NCBI GenBank assembly: GCA_963745835.1
Contig: CAVUZH010000022.1
Location: forward strand, 96,001 to 160,000
Length of the DNA stretch: 64,000 bases
Direction: 5' to 3'
Origin: an uncultured delta proteobacterium
Lineage (GTDB): Bacteria; Desulfobacterota; Binatia; UBA9968
The notes beneath the pieces were generated by a model. That model was not told where the DNA came from and did no database searches. It worked only from the letters and a program-made list of their open reading frames with translations. Within the stretch, counting starts at the first letter, position 1; the number at the start of each line of letters is the position of its first letter. The position numbers and the translations under genes are program-made. Shown here piece after piece: positions 29,984 to 38,936 of this stretch.

Positions 29984-30834
29984 GCCGATTGCAGTGCCCG
30001 GCGCACCAACACGCCACCGACTTCCTTGCGGTAAGCAGCCGAAGCGTGAACATCCGAATCGGGGTCAAGTTCTTCGGCGACGACTCTGCTCAGCTCGCCT
30101 AAAAGCGCCTCGTCGATGCGGCGTTCGTTCAAGAGCGCTTCAGCGCGTTCCATCCTTTGGGGTTTGCCGCCCACGCCGAACATAACGATGCGAGCATTTT
30201 GTAAAATATCTGCGCCGTCCAATGCAGCCCGCAAGGCGACTCCGGCGAGGGCGAAATCACCTTTTCGCCGCGCGATCTCGAGGACGGCCCAGGCTTCGTC
30301 TGGGCGCCATTTGGGCAAACGAATTTCCGTGAGCAACTCCCCTGGCCGGCAGGCGGTGGCCAAGTACCCGAGAAAAAAATCCGCCGCCGCAACCAGACGC
30401 GCGCCCGACTTGCTTCTCAACAAGAACTCGCCGCCGAGGAGCAGGCTCACCGCCGGCAGCTCGGCCGCTGGATCCGCATGAACCAAACTACCGCCAATGG
30501 TTCCCCGGTTGCGAATCTGAAAGTGGCCAATAAGCGGCATCGCCGCGGCGAGCATCGGATTTTGCTCCTGAATAATCGTGGAGCGCTCCAGGGTCCGCTG
30601 GCGCGCCAGCGCGCCGATCGTCAGGCCGCCGTCCGGCGCAGTTGAGATCGCATCGAGATTGCGCAAACGGTTAATATCGATAATCACGCGTGGCCGCGCC
30701 AAGCGTAGGTTGATTAGCGGCATGAGACTCTGCCCGCCGGCAAGGATCTTCGCCTCATCGCCATAGCGCTCGAGCAGATCCAAGGCTTCTGGCAACTCCA
30801 ACGGCGCATAGTATTCAAAAGGGGCCGGTTTCAT
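29950..30834 (-). CDS. FAD-binding subunit (CoxM-like)
   Basis: MKPAPFEY, LAGGQSL, QIRNRGTIGGS, HADPAAE. Confidence 0.95.
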   Translation of the reverse strand: MKPAPFEYYAPLELPEALDLLERYGDEAKILAGGQSLMPLINLRLARPRVIIDINRLRNLDAISTAPDGGLTIGALARQRTLERSTIIQEQNPMLAAAMPLIGHFQIRNRGTIGGSLVHADPAAELPAVSLLLGGEFLLRSKSGARLVAAADFFLGYLATACRPGELLTEIRLPKWRPDEAWAVLEIARRKGDFALAGVALRAALDGADILQNARIVMFGVGGKPQRMERAEALLNERRIDEALLGELSRVVAEELDPDSDVHASAAYRKEVGGVLVRRALQSAWSKAKDTVSD

Positions 30835-30881
30835 TGGCTGTCATCGACCAGATATCAAACTCGGCGCTAACGGCAAATAAG
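30825..30881. repeat. 57-bp direct repeat, left of C-depleted insert
   Basis: CCGGTTTCATTGGCTGTCATCGACCAGATATCAAACTCGGCGCTAACGGCAAATAAG. Confidence 0.97.
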
Positions 30882-31866
30882 GTTTTTTTTTTGTTTTGTT
30901 TTGTGTTTTTTTTTTTTTTGTGTTTATTGTTGAGTTTGTTTTTTTATTTGTTTTGTATTTAGTATGGTTGTTTTTTAGTGTTTTGTTTTTTTTTTTTTTG
31001 GAGTTTGGTAGGAGTTTAGGTTTTTTTTTTTGATTGTTTTTTATTTTATGTATTTTGTTTATTGGTTTTATTAGTAGGTTAGGTGTTGGTAGTATTGTTA
31101 GATTTATTAATGTTTTAAAGATTATATGATGTTGTTGTTGGATTGGTATATAGTTAATTTGGAGTTTTGTGATAATTTTTGGTATGTTGTTGGTAATGTT
31201 GTTGAGTGTGGAGTGTGGAAAGGTGGTATGAGAGTTGGGATTGTTGTATTTGTGAGTTATTGTATCTATTATCTTTATGATAGTTTTGAAGGATTTTTTG
31301 TTGTTGAGAATTAGGATGTTATATAAGGTGTGAGGTAGTGGTGAAGGATTGGTAAGGGAGATTGAAGGTGGTGGAGGAGTAGGTAAGTGAGGTAATGTAG
31401 CTAGAAGGTGTGGAGAGTGTTGTTGTTGTAAAAGGTTGGTTTAGTGAAATTTTGTTTAATTAAGATTATGGGATGATTGATATTTTTAGTTTGGAAGGTG
31501 ATTTATATGAGAGTGTGATGGAATTTTTGATAAATTTTTGGTAACAAGTTGTAGTTGGAGAGATTATTATAATAGAAGATTATTATAAATGGAAAGAATG
31601 TAAAAGAGATGTAAATGATTTTTTTTAGTAAAATTAGTTGAAAGAAATGATTTAATAATTAAGAGAGATATATGTGTATATTGTTAAAGAAGAATATATA
31701 AAATAGTTTTTAGTAAGTTTTGTTAAGTGATGATATGTTTTTATAATTAAATTTTAAATTTTGAAATGAAATTATTGAATTGATATGTGATTTTATGATA
31801 TATTAAATTTATAATTAAAATAATTAGTGATAAATTAGATATAGAAATATAAAGAGTATTTTTTGT
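30882..31866 (+). other. Cytosine-depleted ~985-bp insert carrying a degraded TylF/MycF-family O-methyltransferase
   Basis: Only 4 C on + strand by manual count; reads GNVVECGVWKGGM, YLYDSFEG, VKGWFSE, LEGDLYESV, IIIEDY. Confidence 0.8.
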
Positions 31867-31924
31867 CCGGTTTCATTGGCTGTCATCGACCAGATATCAA
31901 ACTCGGCGCTAACCGGCAAATAAG
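31867..31924. repeat. 58-bp direct repeat, right of C-depleted insert
   Basis: Identical to 30825-30881 except one extra C (AACCGG vs AACGG). Confidence 0.97.
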
Positions 31925-32049
31925 CGCTTCAACCGCAACACTCTAATGAATTCTCCTGAGAACCCTCGGCTCATTCTTCGAGAAACTCAGCAGGAGCATC
32001 AATACATCCTGCTTGAAAGATGGCGCCGCCTCGTCCTATGCTCACGGGC

Positions 32050-33048
32050 ATGGCGGAGAAAAAAACAACTTTCGGACTCACCTTGTCGAACCGAGCACTG
32101 GTTACCAGAGGAACACAACCCAAGGACATGATCGACATGGCGGTGCAGGCCGAGAACAGCGGCGCGATCGATGCTATCTGGGTCGGCGACAGCATTCTTA
32201 GCAAGCCTCGTTTGGAATGCATTCCACTGCTAGGCGCGATAGCCGCGCGGACTTCAACTGTTAAACTTGGCGTAGCGTGCATGGCCACCATCGCGCAGCG
32301 TAATCCCGTGCTGCTTGCGTTGCAGTGGGCGAGCCTGGATGTCTTATCGGGCGGGCGCACATGGCTCGCCGCCTGCATGGGATACCCGGCGAGTCAGCAC
32401 CCGATGGCGGCCAAGGAACTTGAGGTAATGGGCGTCGAGAGCAAGGAGCGGCCGGCGCGATTGGAAGAAATGATCCAAGCCCTGCGAGTGCTCTGGTCGG
32501 ACGAACATGCCAGCTTCAAGGGTAAGTACTATTCGTTCCAAGATGTAAATCTCCTGCCCAAACCGGCGCAACAGCCTTGCCCGATCTACATCGCCGGCAC
32601 ACCGCGATCCAATCAGATCGGCGATAGTGGACGTGGAGCGTTCGTTGCGGAGAATCGCCCGATTCGCCGACGGCTGGATGACCAATCAGATCGAGCTCGA
32701 AAGGTTTAGAGATTACGTCGGGCGATTGCGTAGTATGTTGTTGGAAGAGGGACGCGACCCGAATGGCTTCAAGACCGTTTTATATTACGGCATCTCGGTC
32801 AATGCCGACTGCGATCAGGCGTTTCGCGAAGCAAAAACTTTTCTCGATGCCTATTATCAAAAAGACTTTTCGCGCCAGGGCGTTGAAATTTGGAACGCCT
32901 GCGGGCCTGTGAGACCACTGCGTTAAATGTGTAGAGTGGATTTATCGAGGCAGGAGTCGACCACGTCACCATTCGCCCGATCGGTAACGATTTAAGTGAG
33001 CAGCTTCGTATCTACTTGGAAGAGGTTCTTCCGGCCTTACATTCGTAA
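32050..33048 (+). pseudogene. LLM-class oxidoreductase with three +1 frameshifts (pseudogene or consensus errors)
   Basis: WVGDSILSKPRLE, WASLDVLSGGR; removing single bases near 32630, 32912 and 32937 restores ...RFADGW...GPVDHCVKCVEGFIEAGVDHVTIRP...EEVLPALHS*. Confidence 0.8.
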
Positions 33049-33096
33049 GCTTGCCAACAATCAAATACCAATTTTGCCGGCAAAGAATTCCTGGAG

Positions 33097-34659
33097 CTAC
33101 AAATTCCTTGGTAGTGAAGAATCAATTGGAGGGCTCCGTCTTAGCGTCACCCCATTCAAAATCCCGACCGGCAACACGATGGTGAACGTTGTGCCTTTGC
33201 CGATTTCGCTCCGGTATGTGATCGTTCCCTTATGATCGCTAATGATCTGCTGCACAATCGGAAGCCCCAAACCCGTGCCCTCGGGTTTGGTGGTTCTAAA
33301 TAACTGGAAGACATCAACGCCATGGGCTATTCCCTCACCCGTGTCCGTCACTTCCAGAATAACCCCTCCCTCTGAAGCAGTGGCCTTGACGATTAACCTT
33401 CCGCCGTTGGGCATCGCTTCGACGGCGTTCTTGCAGAGGTTCAAAATCACCTGCTTTATTTTTTCGCGATCGACAACCATGCCTGGAACGTTTTCCAACT
33501 GAGTTTGGAGGGCGATTTTTGTCGCCCTATACATAGGCAATTGGGCGCTCAGCACCTCCTCGATAATCTGCGTCAAATCAGCCGGGCGCAGGTTGAGCCT
33601 CTGAGGTCGCGCAAACGTTCGATAGTCGGAAAGCAAGGTTGCCAAGCGCTGGACTTCTTGAAATGCGATCTCCAGCGTTTCCTGCAAAGCCGGATCGATC
33701 TTGTGAGCCGTTTCGAGAATCGATTTGACGATTTGTAAGGAAGTGGAAATGCCATTGAGCGGATTACCGATCTCATGGGCAAATACCGCGGCGGTTGTGC
33801 CCAACGTGGCGAGTCGCTCTTTCTCCTGAAGCAATCTCTCCGCCTGCTTGCGTTCCGTGATGTCGCGAATTGCCGCGCTCATCAAAACTTCCCGCCCCGT
33901 TGCAATCGGGCTTAAGCTGATTTCAACCGGGAACTCGCTGCCGTCGCGGCGAACGGCAAATAACTCCATGCCCGTTCCCATCGGCCGAACGTGCGGATTT
34001 TTTGCAAACAAGCCGCGGTGATCCTGATGTCGCTCACGGAATCGTGCGGGAACAAGCCGTTCCACAGGCTTTCCCAGAAGTTGTTTTCGATCATAACCGA
34101 ACAGTCTTTCTGTTTGTGAATTTATCAAGGTAATCATTCCTTGCGCATCGACGATCACCATAGCGTCAGGCGCCGACTCGAGTAAGGAACGGAAAAGCGT
34201 CTCGGTTTCTCTTAATTTCTGCGCGGCAAGTTCGCGCTCGGCGATTTGTTGTTGCAGTTCCTGATTGACCATTTCGAGCGAGCGCGGGCTAGGAAGCGCC
34301 AGCGCCTGCGGAATCAAAGGCCAAAGGGTCGCGGCAGTTGCCACCGAAAGACCGGCGGTGATCGCCTTGATACTTCCGTCCAACCAATAAACCGGTTCCC
34401 AGAGCTTCCATATTCCCATCAGGTGTGTGGTGCCGCATGCAAAGATGAACGCGCTGAACATCAGAAACATCCAGTTAAACGCAAGATCTCGTCGCTTACG
34501 CACGAAGATAACCAGAGCGACAGGTATTAGGTAGTAAGAAATTGCGATCAAAGAATCCGACGCTATATACAACCAGAGGAGCGGTCTCTGCCAGAGAAAA
34601 CAGTGGCCGTGCGGCTCGAAGCCCTCGGATGTAAAAAAGTTGCTCAAAGTTTCGAACAT
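33097..34659 (-). CDS. Sensor histidine kinase: ETR1-like membrane domain + PAS + HisKA + HATPase
   Basis: SDSLIAISYYLIP...FIFACGTTH; LESAPDAMVIVD PAS; AHEIGNPL; NAVEAM, DTGEG, GTGLGL. Confidence 0.92.
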   Translation of the reverse strand: MFETLSNFFTSEGFEPHGHCFLWQRPLLWLYIASDSLIAISYYLIPVALVIFVRKRRDLAFNWMFLMFSAFIFACGTTHLMGIWKLWEPVYWLDGSIKAITAGLSVATAATLWPLIPQALALPSPRSLEMVNQELQQQIAERELAAQKLRETETLFRSLLESAPDAMVIVDAQGMITLINSQTERLFGYDRKQLLGKPVERLVPARFRERHQDHRGLFAKNPHVRPMGTGMELFAVRRDGSEFPVEISLSPIATGREVLMSAAIRDITERKQAERLLQEKERLATLGTTAAVFAHEIGNPLNGISTSLQIVKSILETAHKIDPALQETLEIAFQEVQRLATLLSDYRTFARPQRLNLRPADLTQIIEEVLSAQLPMYRATKIALQTQLENVPGMVVDREKIKQVILNLCKNAVEAMPNGGRLIVKATASEGGVILEVTDTGEGIAHGVDVFQLFRTTKPEGTGLGLPIVQQIISDHKGTITYRSEIGKGTTFTIVLPVGILNGVTLRRSPPIDSSLPRNL

Positions 34660-34720
34660 AGTGATTTCCCTGCACGCCGCCAGCCGCGCGAACTGACACG
34701 GCTATCAACGGAGTGTCGCG

Positions 34721-35077
34721 TTAGTGCGTAAACTGAATTGTATCAAGCAGATCGCGCAAAGAGATCGGCTTTTCGAAGTAAAGCGCGCCTACCGCTGCGG
34801 CTTCTGCTTGAGCTTGCTCGGAGCCGAACGCAGTAATGAGAATGAGACGTTTTCCCGAACCCCTACAACTTTGATACTTTAGGACGTCTAGGCCGTTCAC
34901 CTTTCCCGGCAGACGAAAGTCAGAGATGACGATCTCAAAATCGACCCGAGAAATAAGCTCTAACGCAGCCTCGCCATTGTCGGTCTGGTGAACCGTGAAT
35001 TCGGCTTGCTGAAGAAACATTGCCAAGTTCCGGCGGGACAAAGGGTTGTCTTCAACCAGAAGCAGATTACACGACAT
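34721..35077 (-). CDS. Single-domain response regulator
   Basis: LLVEDN, ISDFRLPG, LITAFG, EKP. Confidence 0.88.
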   Translation of the reverse strand: MSCNLLLVEDNPLSRRNLAMFLQQAEFTVHQTDNGEAALELISRVDFEIVISDFRLPGKVNGLDVLKYQSCRGSGKRLILITAFGSEQAQAEAAAVGALYFEKPISLRDLLDTIQFTH

Positions 35078-35392
35078 GCCGGGACAAATTAAACCAAGAT
35101 TGTATTTTAAGCAACAAAAACTTCAGCTTAAGGCGGCAAATTGCGCTTTAGAAACAGCTTCTGTGAAGCTCTTTAGCGCTGCCAAACAGCGCCGCCGTAG
35201 CAAATTGATACAAAATATTTCGATCGATGAAGCTGCTGCATGTAAGCGAGCAGCTTAGGCAGTTTTTCTAGTTTCGCGGAGGCACTATAAAGCTATTGAG
35301 ACCGCGTTTGCATGCTTTTTGTTACTTAGCAGACAAGTCCCTCTTGACCGTTGAGCCCCGATATTTGAGCTCAGAGATCTCTGCCCAGCCGG

Positions 35393-35953
35393 TTACGGCG
35401 TCGCACGCACCGCGGGCCGCTCGAGCAAACGCTCCATCCAAGCTTTGACGTGCGGCAAGTCATCACCAATGCTCACCTGATAACGCTCGCGTCTGACGAA
35501 GAAAGGAATGTAAGTGATATCCGCGAGAGAGTATCCATCGGCTATGTACTCTCGCCCTTGCATTTGTCGATTGAGATTCTCGAGATACGTTCGAAGCTCC
35601 GTTCCGGACTCTTCGACTTTGTAGTTGTGGGCGATATAACCGGCGGCGCGCTGCACGCGGGTGTTGCAGTAGTCGATCCAAATTCTTATGCGCGCCCGGG
35701 CCAGTGGGTCTTTGGGCATCAACGGCGCTTCCGGATACTGTTCTTCCAGGTACTCGTCGATAATCGCGGACTCGTAAACAACCGCATCACCATCGACCAG
35801 AACCGGAACTTTGCCGTAAGGATTTAACTCGAGAAGATCTTTGGGCTTGTTGCCGAGGTCGCATTCGATCAGATCATAGGGAATCTTTTTTTCCGCCAGG
35901 ACAAGCCTTGTCCTGTGAGCGTAGGGTCAGGGGCCGTAAGAAAAGAGCTTCAT
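35393..35953 (-). CDS. Glutathione S-transferase (omega/SspA-like), probable selenoprotein, 186 aa
   Basis: RBS GGAGG, then MKLFSYGP-TGA-PYAHRTRLVLAEKKIPY...LNPYGKVPVL...ESAIIDEYLEE, in frame with ORF 35393..35722. Confidence 0.85.
35897..35915 (-). promoter_or_regulatory. Putative bacterial SECIS hairpin
   Basis: CAGGACAA-GGC-TTGTCCTG perfect 8-bp stem beginning 11 nt after the in-frame TGA (35929-35927). Confidence 0.7.
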
Positions 35954-36111
35954 GACGTCACCTCCATCTGATGGCCTTGTACCACCTGAGAGCCGCGGCG
36001 GCAACAATGCTGATTGATCGAAAGAATTTTTTTACTCCTCAACGTAGAGCGACTTCTTCTCTCAAATTAATTTTAGCGCCGCATCTTAGCAATTGATGCG
36101 CGGGCAGATGG

Positions 36112-36139
36112 TTGACACCCGCCTACGCTATGCGATAAG
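36112..36139 (+). promoter_or_regulatory. Possible sigma70-type promoter for amidohydrolase operon
   Basis: TTGACA-N16-GATAAG with TGn extension. Confidence 0.35.
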
Positions 36140-36211
36140 CGGCCATATAAACCTTTACTGGAATAACGTTTTCACTCTGCATGACGCCGGCAGTTAGCTG
36201 GAGGAGGCCGC

Positions 36212-37141
36212 ATGATTATCGATACGCACTTTCATGCCTTTCCAAAGAAATTTCTCGAGCTCGTGCCCGAGCAATCACAAAGCGACGTTCGCGGCGTGGG
36301 ATTCCACGGCTTTGACCATCAGGAATACCTCGATGTGATGGATCAACACGGCATCGATGTCGGCGTGCTCTCCAATACCGGCGGGCGAATCGAACAGGGC
36401 GGCGACCGGCGCAAGGCGCTGGAGCTGTGCACCATCATCAACGACACATTTGCCGAAGCCCACGCAAAGCACCCGCGCCGCTTCAAAGCGTTCGCCCGTT
36501 TGCCGATGGTCAACCTTGATGATTGTGTCCGGGAGCTCGAGCGGTGTTACCGTGATCTCAACATGCATGGCGTGATCCTGTCGACCAATCTGGCCGGAAG
36601 ATACCTCGACGAGCCGGAATTCAAACCCTTCTGGGACGCGCTCGAGTCAGGTGGAAAACCGCTGTTTCTTCATCCGGCCAATGCGCCATGCCAAGCCAAT
36701 TGGAACAAATATTCGCTGCACCAGAAGCTCCTCTGGCCCACCGACAGCTCTCTGGCGATATCGCGCATCGTTTATAGCGGCGTATTCGATCACTATCCGG
36801 CCATCAAACTCATTGCCTCGCATCTCGGCGGCATGCTTCTGCTTTACCTCGACCGGCTCAACTGGCACGAGGGAAATGTAGAGTGCCGGCGAGAGCCGGA
36901 GGAATACTTTAAAAAGATGTACTACGATACCGCCGGTCCGATCCGCGCCGAATTCATCAAGCTCGTCTACGACACCGTCGGTCCCGATCAGATCCTGTTC
37001 GGCGCCGATTATCCGCACGGCAGAGGCGGCCGCGACGATCAGTTCTATCCGATGACTTTAGCGGCGATGTCGAAGCTCGATATTCCAGACAGTGATAAAC
37101 AGAAGGTTTATTATCTAAACGCGCAGAAACTCGGATTCTGA
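36212..37141 (+). CDS. Amidohydrolase_2 family protein (ACMSD/LigW-like)
   Basis: IDTHFH, LFLHP, SHLGG, YYDT, LFGADYPH. Confidence 0.9.
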   Translation: MIIDTHFHAFPKKFLELVPEQSQSDVRGVGFHGFDHQEYLDVMDQHGIDVGVLSNTGGRIEQGGDRRKALELCTIINDTFAEAHAKHPRRFKAFARLPMVNLDDCVRELERCYRDLNMHGVILSTNLAGRYLDEPEFKPFWDALESGGKPLFLHPANAPCQANWNKYSLHQKLLWPTDSSLAISRIVYSGVFDHYPAIKLIASHLGGMLLLYLDRLNWHEGNVECRREPEEYFKKMYYDTAGPIRAEFIKLVYDTVGPDQILFGADYPHGRGGRDDQFYPMTLAAMSKLDIPDSDKQKVYYLNAQKLGF

Positions 37142-37267
37142 CGGGCCGCTGAAAAAGACCCATATGCTTCGTTGCACTCGGTCGGCTCCGCTCCAACGTA
37201 CTACAACGTACGTCTTCGCTCGTCGATCTTCGTACGCCTCGCATCTGGATCTTTTTGAGCAGCCTGT
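37141..37267. mobile_element. MITE-like element with ~27-bp imperfect terminal inverted repeats
   Basis: ACGGGCCGCTGAAAAAGACCCATATGC ... GCATCTGGATCTTTTTGAGCAGCCTGT. Confidence 0.75.
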
Positions 37268-37307
37268 AGGAGATATTTCCACCAGTCGCTGAATTAAGGA
37301 GGAATCT

Positions 37308-37664
37308 ATGAGCAATCGATTGGAGCACGTTGCCATCTATTGCAAAGATATCAATGAATCGATCGAGTTTTATCGAGCCCACTTCGGCGGTCAGCCCACC
37401 GCTATCAGAAAAGGCGCCGCGGGCTACTCGTTCTGTTTTGTGACTATCGATGGCACGCCGTCGATACAGCTAATGGAATCGTCCGACAAAACCGGCGTAC
37501 ACCACTACGGTTTCATCAGCGATGATATCGAGCAGGCGGCAAAAGAATTCAAAGCAAAGAACGCGCGAATCCTGCGCGAAAATCGTGATCAGTCAGGCAA
37601 ACTCACAACTATCTTTGTACAGGATCCGCACGGGCTAGAGATGGAGATCCGCTCGGCCCGTTAG
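37308..37664 (+). CDS. VOC family protein
   Basis: LEHVAIYCKD, HHYGF, FVQDPHGLEMEI; RBS AAGGAGG. Confidence 0.9.
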   Translation: MSNRLEHVAIYCKDINESIEFYRAHFGGQPTAIRKGAAGYSFCFVTIDGTPSIQLMESSDKTGVHHYGFISDDIEQAAKEFKAKNARILRENRDQSGKLTTIFVQDPHGLEMEIRSAR

Positions 37665-37803
37665 CCAGGGGGGGATCCAGAGAGTCTTTTTGGAAACTCT
37701 CCGATTGCTTTCATGTCGGAACCCAGAGCTACTCAGTTGACATCGTCTGACCTGGGTACGTAGCTTCTCGCAAGGCCGTTCCACCAGCCCTTGAGGAGGA
37801 ACA

Positions 37804-38826
37804 ATGTTTACCGCTCGTTACCAACGCAGCGCCGGCATCATCTTCTTTGCTGTGATCTGGGTGGCGATTGCCGCTGAAGCCGCGCGAGGCCAGGCAAAAC
37901 AGGACGACATCGCCATCGGCTATGCATCCCCGAGCGGCGTCATGACGCCGCTGTACGTCGCGCAGGAACAGGGCTTGTTCAAAAAACACGGCCTGGGAGT
38001 AAAGGAGTTGCTTCTGCTCCGTGGTACCGGGCCAGCCGCGGCGCAGATGCTGGTCGCGGGTACGGCGCCGATCGCCGCCCTCGGCGGCGCTCTCGTGGAA
38101 GGCGCGATTCGCGGCGCCGGCATCGCCTACATCGCCAGCACATCCAATCACCTGATCTTTTCGATCTATTCACGTTCGGAAATCGCCCGTCCGGAAGATC
38201 TCAAAGGAAAAACCGTCGCAGTCGATGCCAAGGGCGGCTCCATCGAACTGGCCACGATCATCGCCCTGAAACAGTTCGGTCTGACTCTCGGCAAAGACGT
38301 GAGCTCGGTTTATCTCGGCGGACCCGTGCCGCAACTAGGCGCTCTGGAAAAAGGCATCGTCGATGCGACGACGTTGTCGGCGCCGACAACCTTGCGCGCC
38401 AGAAAGATGGGCTATAAAGAGTTGATCAACATCGGCGCGCTCAAGCTCAGCTATGTTCACACCGCTATCGGGGTAAACCGCGCCTTCGCCAAGAATAATC
38501 CAGAAAGTGTCGAGGCCTTTCTCAAAGCTTATATCGAAGCGATGAAAATGACCCGAGAACAACCGGATGTCGGAATGAAGGCGATCGCCAAGTACACTCA
38601 GATCGCCGACCCCGAGGCGCTCAAGGCCACTTACGAGACCTTTCTACCCGCATTTCAACAACGCGTGCCTTATGTTTCGCGCGACTCGGTTCAGGGCGTG
38701 CTGAACTTCTCTAGTTCAGCGGAGGCTAACGCTCAACGCGCCGACGATTTTATCGACCATTCTTTGTTAAAGAAGATCGAAGCATCATCTTTTGTTAACA
38801 AACTTTATGGCGACGGCAACCCGTAA
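37804..38826 (+). CDS. NMT1/THI5-like ABC substrate-binding protein
   Basis: LYVAQEQGLFKKHGL, DLKGKTVAV, FLKAYIEA. Confidence 0.9.
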   Translation: MFTARYQRSAGIIFFAVIWVAIAAEAARGQAKQDDIAIGYASPSGVMTPLYVAQEQGLFKKHGLGVKELLLLRGTGPAAAQMLVAGTAPIAALGGALVEGAIRGAGIAYIASTSNHLIFSIYSRSEIARPEDLKGKTVAVDAKGGSIELATIIALKQFGLTLGKDVSSVYLGGPVPQLGALEKGIVDATTLSAPTTLRARKMGYKELINIGALKLSYVHTAIGVNRAFAKNNPESVEAFLKAYIEAMKMTREQPDVGMKAIAKYTQIADPEALKATYETFLPAFQQRVPYVSRDSVQGVLNFSSSAEANAQRADDFIDHSLLKKIEASSFVNKLYGDGNP

Positions 38827-38936
38827 TGAATTCAGGTGCAGCCGCTAACGACCGCTCCAATGAGATAGAATCCGAGAAGCTGGCGGCTACAGAACCCGCT
38901 CTCAGTCTGAGATTTCGAAGGCAGCGAGGATAACCA

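Noticed and set aside
27119-30834. Aerobic CO dehydrogenase (coxMSL order)
   Set aside because: Large subunit has TFRAPG, not the form I AYxCSFR motif, and there are no accessory cox genes
30882-31866. IS/prophage or DGR variable region
   Set aside because: No transposase, integrase, reverse transcriptase or template repeat; changes affect C rather than A
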